From assembly GCA_963837255.1 (NCBI GenBank), contig CAWIMN010000012.1, positions 58,079 to 122,078 of the forward strand: DNA of 64,000 bases, read 5' to 3'. Source of the DNA: an uncultured Actinomycetota bacterium (lineage in GTDB: Bacteria > Actinomycetota > Actinomycetes > Streptosporangiales > Streptosporangiaceae). The position numbers and the translations under genes are program-made. Under the pieces are notes generated by a model that saw only the letters and a list, made by a program, of their open reading frames with translations, was not told the DNA's origin and did not search any database. Within the stretch, counting starts at the first letter, position 1. Each line of letters opens with the position of its first letter. Below are positions 36,522 to 45,413 of the stretch, piece by piece.

Positions 36522-37800
36522 TTGCTGCGCAGCCGCGCTTATGTGCGGCTGCTCGTAGTTGCGGCGGTTCTTGGCGTGCCTGTCTCCGCCGTCGCGTGGG
36601 CGTTCCTCGCGCTGGTCAGCAAGCTCCAGCACTGGCTGTACGTCAGCTTCCCTGACGACCTTGGCTTCAAGTCTGCGCCCGTGTGGTGGCCGTTTCCGGT
36701 GCTGGCCGTCGGTGGCATCCTCGTCGCCCTCACGATCACGTATTTGCCGGGAACGGGGGGGCATTCACCGGCAGACGGCTTCAAGGCTGGCGGCGTCTTT
36801 GCCGCCAGGGAGCTGCCCGGCATCGCCCTCGCGGCGCTGGCCACGCTTGGCTTCGGCGCAGTCCTCGGGCCGGAGGCGCCGCTCATCGCGCTCGGCGGCG
36901 GGCTGGCCGCCTGGGCCGTCAGCCGGGCCAAGGCGGCCAAGACGGCGCCGCAGGTCAAGCTCGTGGTCGGGGCGGCCGGCAGCTTCGCCGCGATCAGCAC
37001 ACTGCTGGGCTCGCCGATCACCGGCGCCTTCCTGATGATGGAAGTGGTCGGCTTCGGCGGAGCGACGCTGGAGCTCATCCTGGTTCCTGGCCTGCTCGCG
37101 GCCGGTGTCGGGGCGCTGATCTTCATCGGCCTCGGCCAGTGGTCTGGCCTTGGCGATTTCTCGCTCGCTGTGCCTGGCCTGCCGCATTTCGCCCGGCCCG
37201 GCACGGCCGAATTCGGCTGGGCGCTGGTGGTCGGCCTGGCCGCGGCGCTGCTGAGCGTCGCGATCCGCCGGTTTGCGCTGCTGCCTGCGCGCTGTCGTCC
37301 AGCGGCAGCCGTTGCTCTGACACCGGTGGCGGGGCTTGTCGTCGCTGCGGCTGCCGTCATCTTCAGCGCAGGCAACCGGCAAGGGCGCGGACAATGTCCT
37401 CTTCTCCGGCCAGACCCAGCTCGGGCCGTTCGATCACGCATGCCGCCAGCTACAGCGTCGGCGCGCTCAGCCTGCTCGTCGCCATGAAGGCGTGTCGCCT
37501 ACGGCGTGTCGATGAGCGGCTTTCGCGGCGGGCCGACCTTCCCGGCGATCTTCATCGGCGCGGTGGTCGGCGCGTTGCTGTCGCACCTGCCGGGGCTGCC
37601 GCTGGTCCCGGCGGTCGGCATGGGCATGGGCGCCATGACCGCAGGCATGCTGCGGCTGCCCATGACCTCGGTGCTGCTGGCGTGCCTGGTGCTGTCGTCC
37701 GACGGCATCGCCATCATGCCGGTCGTCATCGTCGCCGTGGTGACGGCCTACGTCGCCGCGACGTGGCTGGATCCGCCGCCGGCGCCGAGCCGTCGCCGGC
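36522..37800 (+). pseudogene. ClC-family chloride channel, interrupted by three +1 frame shifts (or assembly indels). The 3' end is undefined.
   Basis: Frame 0 reads GSPITGAFLMMEV and other ClC blocks up to about 37377. GKGADNVLFSGQTQLGPF follows in frame +1. ITHAASYSVGALSLLVAMKA follows in frame +2 from about 37432. VAYGVSMSGFRGGPTFPAIFIG... returns to frame 0 from about 37493. No credible stop follows the last helix near 37790. Confidence 0.75.
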
Positions 37801-39167
37801 GGCCGCGTCCAGCCGCGCCGCGCCTGGCACGGCCGCGCCGTCGGCGGCAGCTGACTCGCCGCGGCCAGCTGCGGGCCGGCCAGCTGACCGGCGGGAGGCA
37901 CGGGCGCGGTCGCTGGCTGGCTCGGCGCCGGGGCCTGCCGGGAGCGTCGCTCGCCGCCAGGACACCTCGAACAGCGCGCCGCCAAGGTCGGAGTCGCCGA
38001 GCCGCCACTGGCCTTCGGTCGTGCGCACGATCGAGTCGGCGATGGCGAGGCCGAGGCCCGCGCTGCCGCCCTGCTCGGTCGAGCGGTGGAACCTGTCGAA
38101 CAACCTGGACCGGTCCTCGGCGGCGACGCCTGGCCCGCTGTCCTCGACGGTCATGGTGACCCGGCTGCCGCGCTGGCCCACGCTGACGCGGACGATGCCG
38201 CTGCGGGCCCGCGTACCGGCACGCGTTGTCGATCAGGACCCCGGCGAGGCGGTCGATCCACTCGGGCGGGGCGCTGATCCAGGCCGGGACCGCGCCGCCG
38301 GCAGCTACCTGGATGTCAAAATCGCGGGTCGCGGCGAGCGCCCGGAATCGCTCCGCGCAGGCGGCCGCGATCGTGGCCAGGTCGAGGGGCTCGTGGCTCG
38401 GCTCCGGCGGGGTCGAGTCGAACCTGGCAAGCCAGAGCAGATCCTCGACGATTCGCCTGAGCCTGCTGCTCTCACCCTCGATGCGCGCCAGCACGGCGCG
38501 GTACTCGGCAGGCTTGCGCGGCGCGCTCAGCGCCACGCTCGTCTCGGCACTGATCACGCTCAGCGGCGTGCGGAGCTCGTGCGAGGCGTCGGCGGTGAAC
38601 TCGAGCTGGCGCCTGCGAGACTGCTCGACGGGCAGGAGGGCCCGCAGGCCGATCGTCAGCGCGCCGCCGAACATGGCCAGCAGCAGGACCGGCGCGGCGA
38701 GCGTCTCACCCTCGCGCAGCAGCGCCGGTGAGGTGATTTTCGCTTGCCAGGCTCTGGCCGGCGATGAGCGTGACTCCGTTGGCGCTGGCGGCCGCGAACC
38801 GGAATGGTCCGGCCGGCAGCAGCGCAGTCGTCGTCGAGCCCGGCGTTAGCCGGAGCCCGGCCGGCAGGGCGGGGGCGGCCGAGTCACGCGCCGCGACCGG
38901 CCCGGCACGTGTCTCGCGCCAGAGGTAGACAGGGGTGCTGTCCAGGTCGTCGTCGTCCCCGTAGGAGGCGCCCAGTCCGACTTCCTGGACGTCAGCTAGC
39001 CGCTCGGCTAGCCGCTGGTCCACCGACTGGGTCAGCCTGGCCGTGACGACCTTGTCCAGTACCGCGACGCACCCGGCGTAGACGATGCCCACGAGCAGGC
39101 TGGCCGCCAGGGCGACCTTCGCCGCGTGGGCGATCTCCGGCGGGATGCGGCCGCGCAGGCGCACCAT
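37726..39167 (-). pseudogene. Sensor histidine kinase, split into three frames (two +1 shifts)
   Basis: The N-terminal sensor/TM part is 39167 to about 38747. TM2, HAMP and the HisKA H-box SHELRTPL plus N-box LIDNACRYAG run to about 38200. The G1/G2 boxes VEDSGPGV and GLGLAIA are in the third frame. The low-complexity tail makes the true stop uncertain. Confidence 0.75.
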
Positions 39168-39170
39168 GTC

Positions 39171-39842
39171 CTAGCGCCCGACGAGGCGGTAGCCGACGCC
39201 ACGTACCGTCTCGATCCGCACCATGCCGCTGGCCAGCTTGGCGCGCAGCCGGGCTAGGTGCACGTCGATCGTGTTCGAGCCCATGGCGTCGGCCTCGTCA
39301 GCCCACACGTTCACCGCGATCGAGCGGCGCGGCACGACCGCGGGCGACCTGCGCACGAGCAGCTCGAGGATGCTGTACTCGGTGGCGGTCAGCACCGGCT
39401 GCTGGCCAGCCGACCAGCACCCGTCTGCGTCGCCGGATCGAAGCGCAGGTCCCCGACGACCAGCTCGGGCTGCTGGACAGTCGGCGGCCGTCGCTGGAGC
39501 GCGCGCATGCGCGCGAGCAGCTCGGCGAAGTCGAAGGGCTTGACCAGGTAGTCGTCGGCACCCTCGTCGAGCCCCGTGACCCGGTCGGCGTGGGCGTCAC
39601 GCGCCGTCAGCATCAGCACTGGCGTCGGACGCTGGCTGACGGCGGATCCACCGCACGACGTCCAGGCCGGACATTCCGGGCATCCGCCAGTCGAGGACCG
39701 CCAGCTGGTACTCGTAGCTGCGCAGGAACCGGATGGCTTCCTCGCCATTCCCGACGGCGTCGACCACGTAGTCGTTCTCGCGCAGCCCGCGCGCCAGCAC
39801 GTCGCGCAGCCCGGCGTCGTCCTCCGCGACTAGCACTCGCAC
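39171..39842 (-). pseudogene. OmpR-family response regulator, split by three +1 shifts
   Basis: Receiver MRVLVAEDD...[12 protein letters not shown] runs to about 39633. PVLMLTARD...[10 protein letters not shown] continues in the next frame. Two further shifts at about 39421 and 39408 precede the w[15 protein letters not shown]...TVRGVGYRLV. Confidence 0.75.
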
Positions 39843-39879
39843 TGGCTCTTCTCCTGCCTGCTCTCCTGGCGGCCCGTGC

Positions 39880-40671
39880 CTAACGGCGCAGCCGGCGCCA
39901 CACCGGGCGCGGAATCAGGCGCATCGCGACCGCGAGCATACCGACACTCCGCGGTACCCAGACCGCGGCCGGGCGACCTGCCAGTGCCGCCGCCACGGCG
40001 GCGCCCACCTGTGCCGGCGTCGACGCGAGCGGGGCCGGCGTCATTCCCGCCGTCATCCGGCCGGTGACGAATCCCGGCCTGACCAGGAGCACCCGGACTC
40101 CGGTCCCGTGGAGCGAGTCCGCCAGCCCGCGGCCGAACGCGTCGAGCCCGGCCTTGGCCGCACCATAGACGAAGTTCGCCTTGCGTGGCCTGACAGCCGC
40201 TACTGACGACAGTACGACGATCGTGCCGTGGCCAGCCTCGCGAAGCCGGGCGGCGACCGCGAGCAGCACCGTGACGTGACTGGTGAAATTCGTGTCGATC
40301 AGCGCCGCAGCCTGGCGCGGGTCGGCTTCCAGCTCCTCCTGCGGAGTCAGCACGCCGGCCGCGGAGATCACCAGGTCGACCGGCCCGGCCGCGAAGGCGG
40401 CGGCGGGCAGCGCCTGCTGGGCGGCCGCATCCGTCGCGTCGTAGCTGATGGTTTGCAGTCGGCAGGGCAGCCCGGCGGCGGCCGCGCGCATCCGCTCGGC
40501 GTCCCGGCCGGCGAGCAGCACCTCGGTGTCCGCGCTGAGGTCGAGCGCGGCCAGGATGGCCAGCCCGATCTCGCTGGTCCCGCCGATCAGCAGCACCCTG
40601 GCGGGCTTGGCGGCAGCGCGGCCGGCGGCGGGCGCTGGCGCCGAAGTGACCTGGGACGAGGACCTCAGCAT
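39880..40671 (-). CDS. SDR-family oxidoreductase, DprE2-like
   Basis: VLLIGGTSEIGLAILAAL is the characteristic DprE2-type N-terminus. YGAAKAGLD supplies YxxxK. Lies 13 nt downstream of the UbiA-family gene. Confidence 0.7.
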   Translation of the reverse strand: MLRSSSQVTSAPAPAAGRAAAKPARVLLIGGTSEIGLAILAALDLSADTEVLLAGRDAERMRAAAAGLPCRLQTISYDATDAAAQQALPAAAFAAGPVDLVISAAGVLTPQEELEADPRQAAALIDTNFTSHVTVLLAVAARLREAGHGTIVVLSSVAAVRPRKANFVYGAAKAGLDAFGRGLADSLHGTGVRVLLVRPGFVTGRMTAGMTPAPLASTPAQVGAAVAAALAGRPAAVWVPRSVGMLAVAMRLIPRPVWRRLRR

Positions 40672-40684
40672 AGGGCGACCCTAC

Positions 40685-41635
40685 CTACAGGCCCACGGTG
40701 AACATCGTCAGCCAGGTGAGCTCGCAACAGATCATCATGGGATCCCGGACGATCAGGTCCTCGACCGGCCGGCCTTCGGCCAGCCCGGTGAGGCGATCGA
40801 ATCGGACGAGCGCGAGGGCCAGCGGCACCACGCTGGCCACGTGCCAGCCCCGCATCCACGCGTCATGCTCGGAAAGCGCCCAGCACAGGTAGGCGGCGAG
40901 CATCACGGCGCTGGTGACGCGCTGCCCGGTGCGCAGCAGGCCAAGGCTGTACCAGCGCATCACCGGCCGGTGGGCGATCGCCTCCTCGCCGAGGGAGGAC
41001 AGCTCGGTGTAGCGCTTGCCGATGGCGACCATCAGCGCTCCGAGGCTGCACACCGTCAGGAACCAGCCCGACGGCGGCACGTGCGTGGCGACGGCGCCGC
41101 CGAGAGCACGCAGCACGAAGCCGGACGCGACGACTGTGAGCTCGAGGCCGGGCACGTGCTTGAGCGTGAGGCTGTAGAAGAACGACACGACGATGTAGGC
41201 GCCGATGACGGCGCCGAGCATCGGCTCCCCGACGAGCACGGTAGCCAGGGCTGCGACCGCCAGGCAGGCTGCCGCCAGCACGAGCGCGGCCGATCTGGGC
41301 AGCCGTCCGGACGCTATCGGGCGCAAGCACTTGGTCGGATGCAGGCGATCGCGCTCGACATCCAGGAGGTCGTTGACGACGTAGACCGCCGACGCGGCCG
41401 CCGTGAAGGCCACGAAGGCGAGCAGCGCATAGCCGAAGCCGTCGTCCCTGCCCAGCGTCGCGCCTGCCAGCGGAGCCGTGAACACCAGCAAGTTCTTGGG
41501 CCACTGCCGGGGCCGGACAGCGTGGATGGAAGCGACCAGCAGCCCCCTGGCGTGCGGCGGCGCCACGGGGCGCGCGCCCGGGGCGACCGGTGCGACGGTC
41601 GCTTGCTCGCCCGACTCCTGCGCTCGGGCGGTCAT
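40685..41635 (-). CDS. UbiA-family decaprenyl-phosphate phosphoribosyltransferase-like enzyme
   Basis: RPRQWPKNLLVF, NDLLDVERDRLHPTK and RPIASG, with multiple TM helices. ATGA overlap with the upstream gene. Confidence 0.75.
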   Translation of the reverse strand: MTARAQESGEQATVAPVAPGARPVAPPHARGLLVASIHAVRPRQWPKNLLVFTAPLAGATLGRDDGFGYALLAFVAFTAAASAVYVVNDLLDVERDRLHPTKCLRPIASGRLPRSAALVLAAACLAVAALATVLVGEPMLGAVIGAYIVVSFFYSLTLKHVPGLELTVVASGFVLRALGGAVATHVPPSGWFLTVCSLGALMVAIGKRYTELSSLGEEAIAHRPVMRWYSLGLLRTGQRVTSAVMLAAYLCWALSEHDAWMRGWHVASVVPLALALVRFDRLTGLAEGRPVEDLIVRDPMMICCELTWLTMFTVGL

Positions 41636-42864
41636 TTGGCGTAGACAGCAGTGAAGTCGCGGCCCGACGGGCTGTAGTAGCGAGTCGGGGGCTGCACCTG
41701 GTTCGGCAGCATGTTGACTGGCCTCGGATTACCCGACTGGCTGTGCAGGTAATACATGAACGACATCCAGTCCGGGTTGATGTCAAGCTCCATGCCCGTC
41801 ACAACGCCGGCGTGATGGAGCAGTTCGGCGAGCTCGCGCACGTTCAGGGCCGGCCCGTAGACGAAGATCACACGGCCGTCCCTGGTGATCCCGATGCCCG
41901 AGCGCCAGACGTAGTAACCGCCACCCAGGGTCGCGCCCCAGGCCGTCTCGACGTTGTTATCGACCGACGACGGCACCTGGCCATGGGCGACGATGAGGTG
42001 CAGGTTCTGCCGTACTCCCGCGACGTCTGGGGTCATCCGGACCGTCCGGCCCCAGACGCCGATGGCGATGTGGCCGTCCCGGTAGTACACCAGCGCTGCC
42101 ACGCCGGGGGTCAGCGTGCCGCGGGTCACGCCGTTCAGGTAGAAGCCGCCACCCGACGAGCTGATCTTGAAGCCGCTGTTGAAGGTCGCCAGCAGGCCGC
42201 GCCGGGTGCCGGGCGCGATGTACGAGGACGCATGCCACTTGCCCGGACCGGGGTCTTCGATGCCGGGCCTGAGCTCGAACCGGACCAGGCTCTGGTTTAT
42301 CGACACGATGCCAGCGACGTACGAGGTATAAACGTTGCTCGGCCGCAGGTACGTGCCGTACATGGCGGGATTCCCGTTGACCGTGTCCAGCACCCGCCAG
42401 ACACCCTCGCCCGGCAGCGGCTTGCCGGCCATGGAGGTCAGCTTCGGCGGCGGCACGTAGATGACGGCCGCCTTGTGGTGCGCCTTGTGCGCCAGCGCCG
42501 TGGCTGACGGTCCGGTCAGCGCGAATGACGGCTTGCCCCCCACCTTGGGCGGCTGATAGGTGAGCCATTCGCCAAACGTGACAACGGGGCCGAGGTAGTG
42601 GTCACGAGCCCACTCGGCCAGGCGCTCCGACACCGTGCCGCCGCCCGGCATCGTCAGCGCGTGGCCGATCGACCACGAGATGGGAATCATGATGGCAACC
42701 AGGACGGCCAGGGTGATACGCGACCACCTGCGGCGTGGCCAGTGCGGGGCCCAGCGGCGGCGCGGACGCGGACTGCGGTGGGCTGGTCCGCCAGCAGGCG
42801 AGCCGGTACCCGTCGGCGTGTACTGCGAGCTTTGCGTGCTCGGCCTCGGCACTAGGTTCCCCAA
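41632..42864 (-). CDS. Phosphodiester glycosidase family protein (DUF2233), N-terminally membrane-anchored
   Basis: NSGF...GG.YLNG...G...RSGIGITRDGRVIFV and MELDINPDW blocks. One N-terminal TM helix. Confidence 0.75.
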   Translation of the reverse strand: MGNLVPRPSTQSSQYTPTGTGSPAGGPAHRSPRPRRRWAPHWPRRRWSRITLAVLVAIMIPISWSIGHALTMPGGGTVSERLAEWARDHYLGPVVTFGEWLTYQPPKVGGKPSFALTGPSATALAHKAHHKAAVIYVPPPKLTSMAGKPLPGEGVWRVLDTVNGNPAMYGTYLRPSNVYTSYVAGIVSINQSLVRFELRPGIEDPGPGKWHASSYIAPGTRRGLLATFNSGFKISSSGGGFYLNGVTRGTLTPGVAALVYYRDGHIAIGVWGRTVRMTPDVAGVRQNLHLIVAHGQVPSSVDNNVETAWGATLGGGYYVWRSGIGITRDGRVIFVYGPALNVRELAELLHHAGVVTGMELDINPDWMSFMYYLHSQSGNPRPVNMLPNQVQPPTRYYSPSGRDFTAVYAK

Positions 42865-42995
42865 TCGGCAGTCGTGCGAAGTCCGCCCGTAGGCGTCCAG
42901 GCGACAGGTCTACCCACGCAACATGAAGACCTCATGACGAGCTTTGCAGGCCGACCGCAGGCCGCAAGGACTCTGGCGTCATTTTCGAGAGTAGA

Positions 42996-44021
42996 TCATG
43001 CGGCCGCACGCTCGACGTCAGCCAGGAGATCCTGCTGCCGCGCTGCGAGCACGGGCCGCTCGGCTGTGGTGGCTCGCGCAAGCGCCTGGCGTCGGCACCG
43101 GCGGCTCAGGACCGTGGCCGACTCGTCCGGCGTGACGGCACCGGCCGCGGTCCAGTCCCTGAGCGCTTGGCGGGCCCGGCTCAGGTAAGCGTTGCTGAGC
43201 AGCAGATACAGCGCGACCACGACGGCGAAATTAACGCCGACCTTGATCGCGATGGCTAGTTGTGGCGCATCGAACAGCAGGTGCATCGCCATGGCGGTCA
43301 GCAGGCAGGCGACAGCAGGCAGGACACCGCCGTGCTCGGCCCCGCGCAGCCGAGCGACGATGTAGCCGACGCCTGCCCCGGCGACCGCCGTCATGGTCCA
43401 GTGGGAGCCGAGCGCAGTCAGTCCGATCCGGACCACCGCCGAGTTGACGACTGCCCGGCTGGCGTCGGTGGCGCCAGACAGCAAGATGTTGTTGAGGCCG
43501 TACGTCACGTTCTCGGTTGCCTGGAAGCCGACGCCGACGAGCGCGCCGAAGATCATGCCGTCGAGCGGTCCCTGGATCAGGCGCGGCGCGGCCAGAACGA
43601 TCATGATGACCCCGCACAGCTTCAGTATCTCCTCGTTCAGCGGAGCCGAGAGGGACGCGGACCAGTTGGCGGCGAACTGCGGGCCGGCGCCCTTGGCCCA
43701 CAGGCCGATGAGGCCCCTGTTCGCCAGCAGCGCGCACCCGGCGGCGGCTGTAGCGCCCCAGGCGACGGCGGCGGCCGACCAGACAAGCTCAGGCGCGCGG
43801 ACGGGCCGTACGAGCAGCACCAGTATGACGCCGACCAGCAGCAGCGGAATCTCGAGGACAACGGCTAGCAGCGCCGCGCCGGGAAACACGACAAGGAAAC
43901 GGAAGAACTGCCAGCTCAGGATGGCAGCGCCGAACGCGCATGCCAGGACGGCCGTGATCCGGACCAGCCGAATGCTCTGGCGCTGGGATAGCCGTGGCGC
44001 GCTCGTCGCGGTCGAGGTCAT
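42996..44021 (-). CDS. PrsW-family intramembrane metalloprotease
   Basis: NEEILKLCGV (EExxK) and VGFQATENVTYG motifs, with 8 or more TM helices. The ATG at 44021 forms an ATGA overlap with the upstream gene. The longer ORF to 44288 was rejected. Confidence 0.8.
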   Translation of the reverse strand: MTSTATSAPRLSQRQSIRLVRITAVLACAFGAAILSWQFFRFLVVFPGAALLAVVLEIPLLLVGVILVLLVRPVRAPELVWSAAAVAWGATAAAGCALLANRGLIGLWAKGAGPQFAANWSASLSAPLNEEILKLCGVIMIVLAAPRLIQGPLDGMIFGALVGVGFQATENVTYGLNNILLSGATDASRAVVNSAVVRIGLTALGSHWTMTAVAGAGVGYIVARLRGAEHGGVLPAVACLLTAMAMHLLFDAPQLAIAIKVGVNFAVVVALYLLLSNAYLSRARQALRDWTAAGAVTPDESATVLSRRCRRQALARATTAERPVLAARQQDLLADVERAAA

Positions 44022-44620
44022 CGGTGGACCGCCGTGAACCTCAGCGAGCTGACGACCTGGAATGCCACGAAACGCATCGCGGCGCCGGTGCCCCGCGGGG
44101 CGAGCACCACCATCTCGATGGCGAACTCGCGGGAGGGGCCGGGAACGATGGTGGCGGTGCCGATCAGGCGCGGGCCGGATATCCCGGCGGTGATCGCGCG
44201 CAGCCCGCCGGCGAAGGTGATGAGCACCGGCTTGGTCAGCCTGACGCCGGGGTGGCGCACGGACAGGATCTCGCGCAGGCCCGCCCACATCCCCGGCACC
44301 TGGTTACGGCCGACAAGGACGACGCGCGTGATGGACAGTTCGACCCGGCCGTGCTGAAGCAGGTAACCCTGCGTCGGATTGGACTGCTCTGACAGGAGCG
44401 ACCAGCCGGCGCCGACCGTGAACATCGCCGAGTTCGACGGACTGGTGCCGACGGACAGCCTGGAGCCCGTGGCGAGTCGGTGCCGGTTGGCGACCGCCAC
44501 GTTGAGCAGCGGCCAGCCCGCCGTCAGCAGCGCCATGACGGCGACGACGATCACGAGCCAGCGCAATCTGAGCTTCGTGGCGCTGGCGGTGGGCAGGCTT
44601 GCCGTGTCGTCAGCGGCCAC
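44018..44620 (-). CDS. Hypothetical single-pass membrane protein with an extracytoplasmic domain
   Basis: 200 aa with an N-terminal TM helix (LRWLVIVVAVMALLTAGWPLL). I recognise no family. Translationally coupled to prsW. Confidence 0.6.
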   Translation of the reverse strand: MAADDTASLPTASATKLRLRWLVIVVAVMALLTAGWPLLNVAVANRHRLATGSRLSVGTSPSNSAMFTVGAGWSLLSEQSNPTQGYLLQHGRVELSITRVVLVGRNQVPGMWAGLREILSVRHPGVRLTKPVLITFAGGLRAITAGISGPRLIGTATIVPGPSREFAIEMVVLAPRGTGAAMRFVAFQVVSSLRFTAVHR

Positions 44621-44933
44621 GAAGCAACTGACCCAGGCTGTCGGGGCTGCGGCCGAAGAACGCCACGACGAGCGCGGCCAGGGCGACGATGACGACGGTG
44701 GCCGTGACCAGCCGCAGCTCGCGACGCGACGAGCTGGCCAGGTGGCCGCTGGTGGTGCGGCGAGCGAGCGCCCAGATGGGCAGGCTCAGCACCAGCACCA
44801 CCCCGCCGGCCACCGGGCTCAGCTTGATCATGGCCCCGCCGATAGCCGCGAAGGCGACCGCGGTCCGGGTCCAGGCGAGCCTGGTCCGGTTGGCCGGATC
44901 GATGACCGGCGGCTGTGGTCTGGGCGCCGACAC
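44610..44933 (-). CDS. DUF202 (YidH-like) membrane protein
   Basis: DPANRTRLAWTRTAVAF is the DUF202 signature (ER/NRT.LAW.RT). Confidence 0.7.
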   Translation of the reverse strand: MSAPRPQPPVIDPANRTRLAWTRTAVAFAAIGGAMIKLSPVAGGVVLVLSLPIWALARRTTSGHLASSSRRELRLVTATVVIVALAALVVAFFGRSPDSLGQLLRGR

Positions 44934-44939
44934 CGCGGC

Positions 44940-45389
44940 CTACCTGATCGCCGACAGCAGGACGACGACCGCGGCCAGCGTGGCCACCCCGCCGATGGTG
45001 CCTGCCAGTAGCCGGGGCAGCACGGACCTGGGCAGCGGCTCGTTGCGCCGCAATGCCCGCTGATTGCGCGTCATGTCGGTGTATGCCGCGACGGCCAGGA
45101 CCGCGCCCAGGACGATGAGCGGGACGCCCAGCACGTGCCGGCCGAAGGGGACGCCAGGGAAGGGGGGCAGCAGCTGCACGATGCCCAGGCCCGCGGCGAC
45201 CAGGGCGAGGGCAGTACGGCTCCAGGCCAGGAACGTCCGCTCGTTGGCCATGGTGAACCGCGGGTCCGGCTCTGTCTGGCCGGGCCCGGTCTGCGGTGGC
45301 CCTGTGTCGGCTGGCCCGGTGCCAGCTGGCCCGGTGTCGTCGCCGCGCCTGTCATGGGAGGTTTCATGCCCATCCCCGGCCGTTGTCAT
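44940..45389 (-). CDS. DUF202 (YidH-like) membrane protein with a Pro/Gly-rich N-terminus
   Basis: MANERTFLAWSRTALAL signature. The start is uncertain because the N-terminal 50 aa are low complexity. Confidence 0.65.
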   Translation of the reverse strand: MTTAGDGHETSHDRRGDDTGPAGTGPADTGPPQTGPGQTEPDPRFTMANERTFLAWSRTALALVAAGLGIVQLLPPFPGVPFGRHVLGVPLIVLGAVLAVAAYTDMTRNQRALRRNEPLPRSVLPRLLAGTIGGVATLAAVVVLLSAIR

Positions 45390-45413
45390 AGCTTCGGCGC
45401 TCTCATAGGTTCG

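Noticed and set aside
36683-38731. 682-aa ORF on the plus strand. Similar long ORFs occur at 18772..20088 (-), 48519..50051 (-), 52734..54092 (-), 11028..12050 (-), 21491..22303 (+) and 22056..23111 (+).
   Set aside because: These are shadow ORFs in alternative frames or antisense to well-supported genes. High GC suppresses stop codons. The translations are Arg/Pro/Gly/Ala-rich with no recognisable motifs, and the third-position bias belongs to the overlapping real gene.
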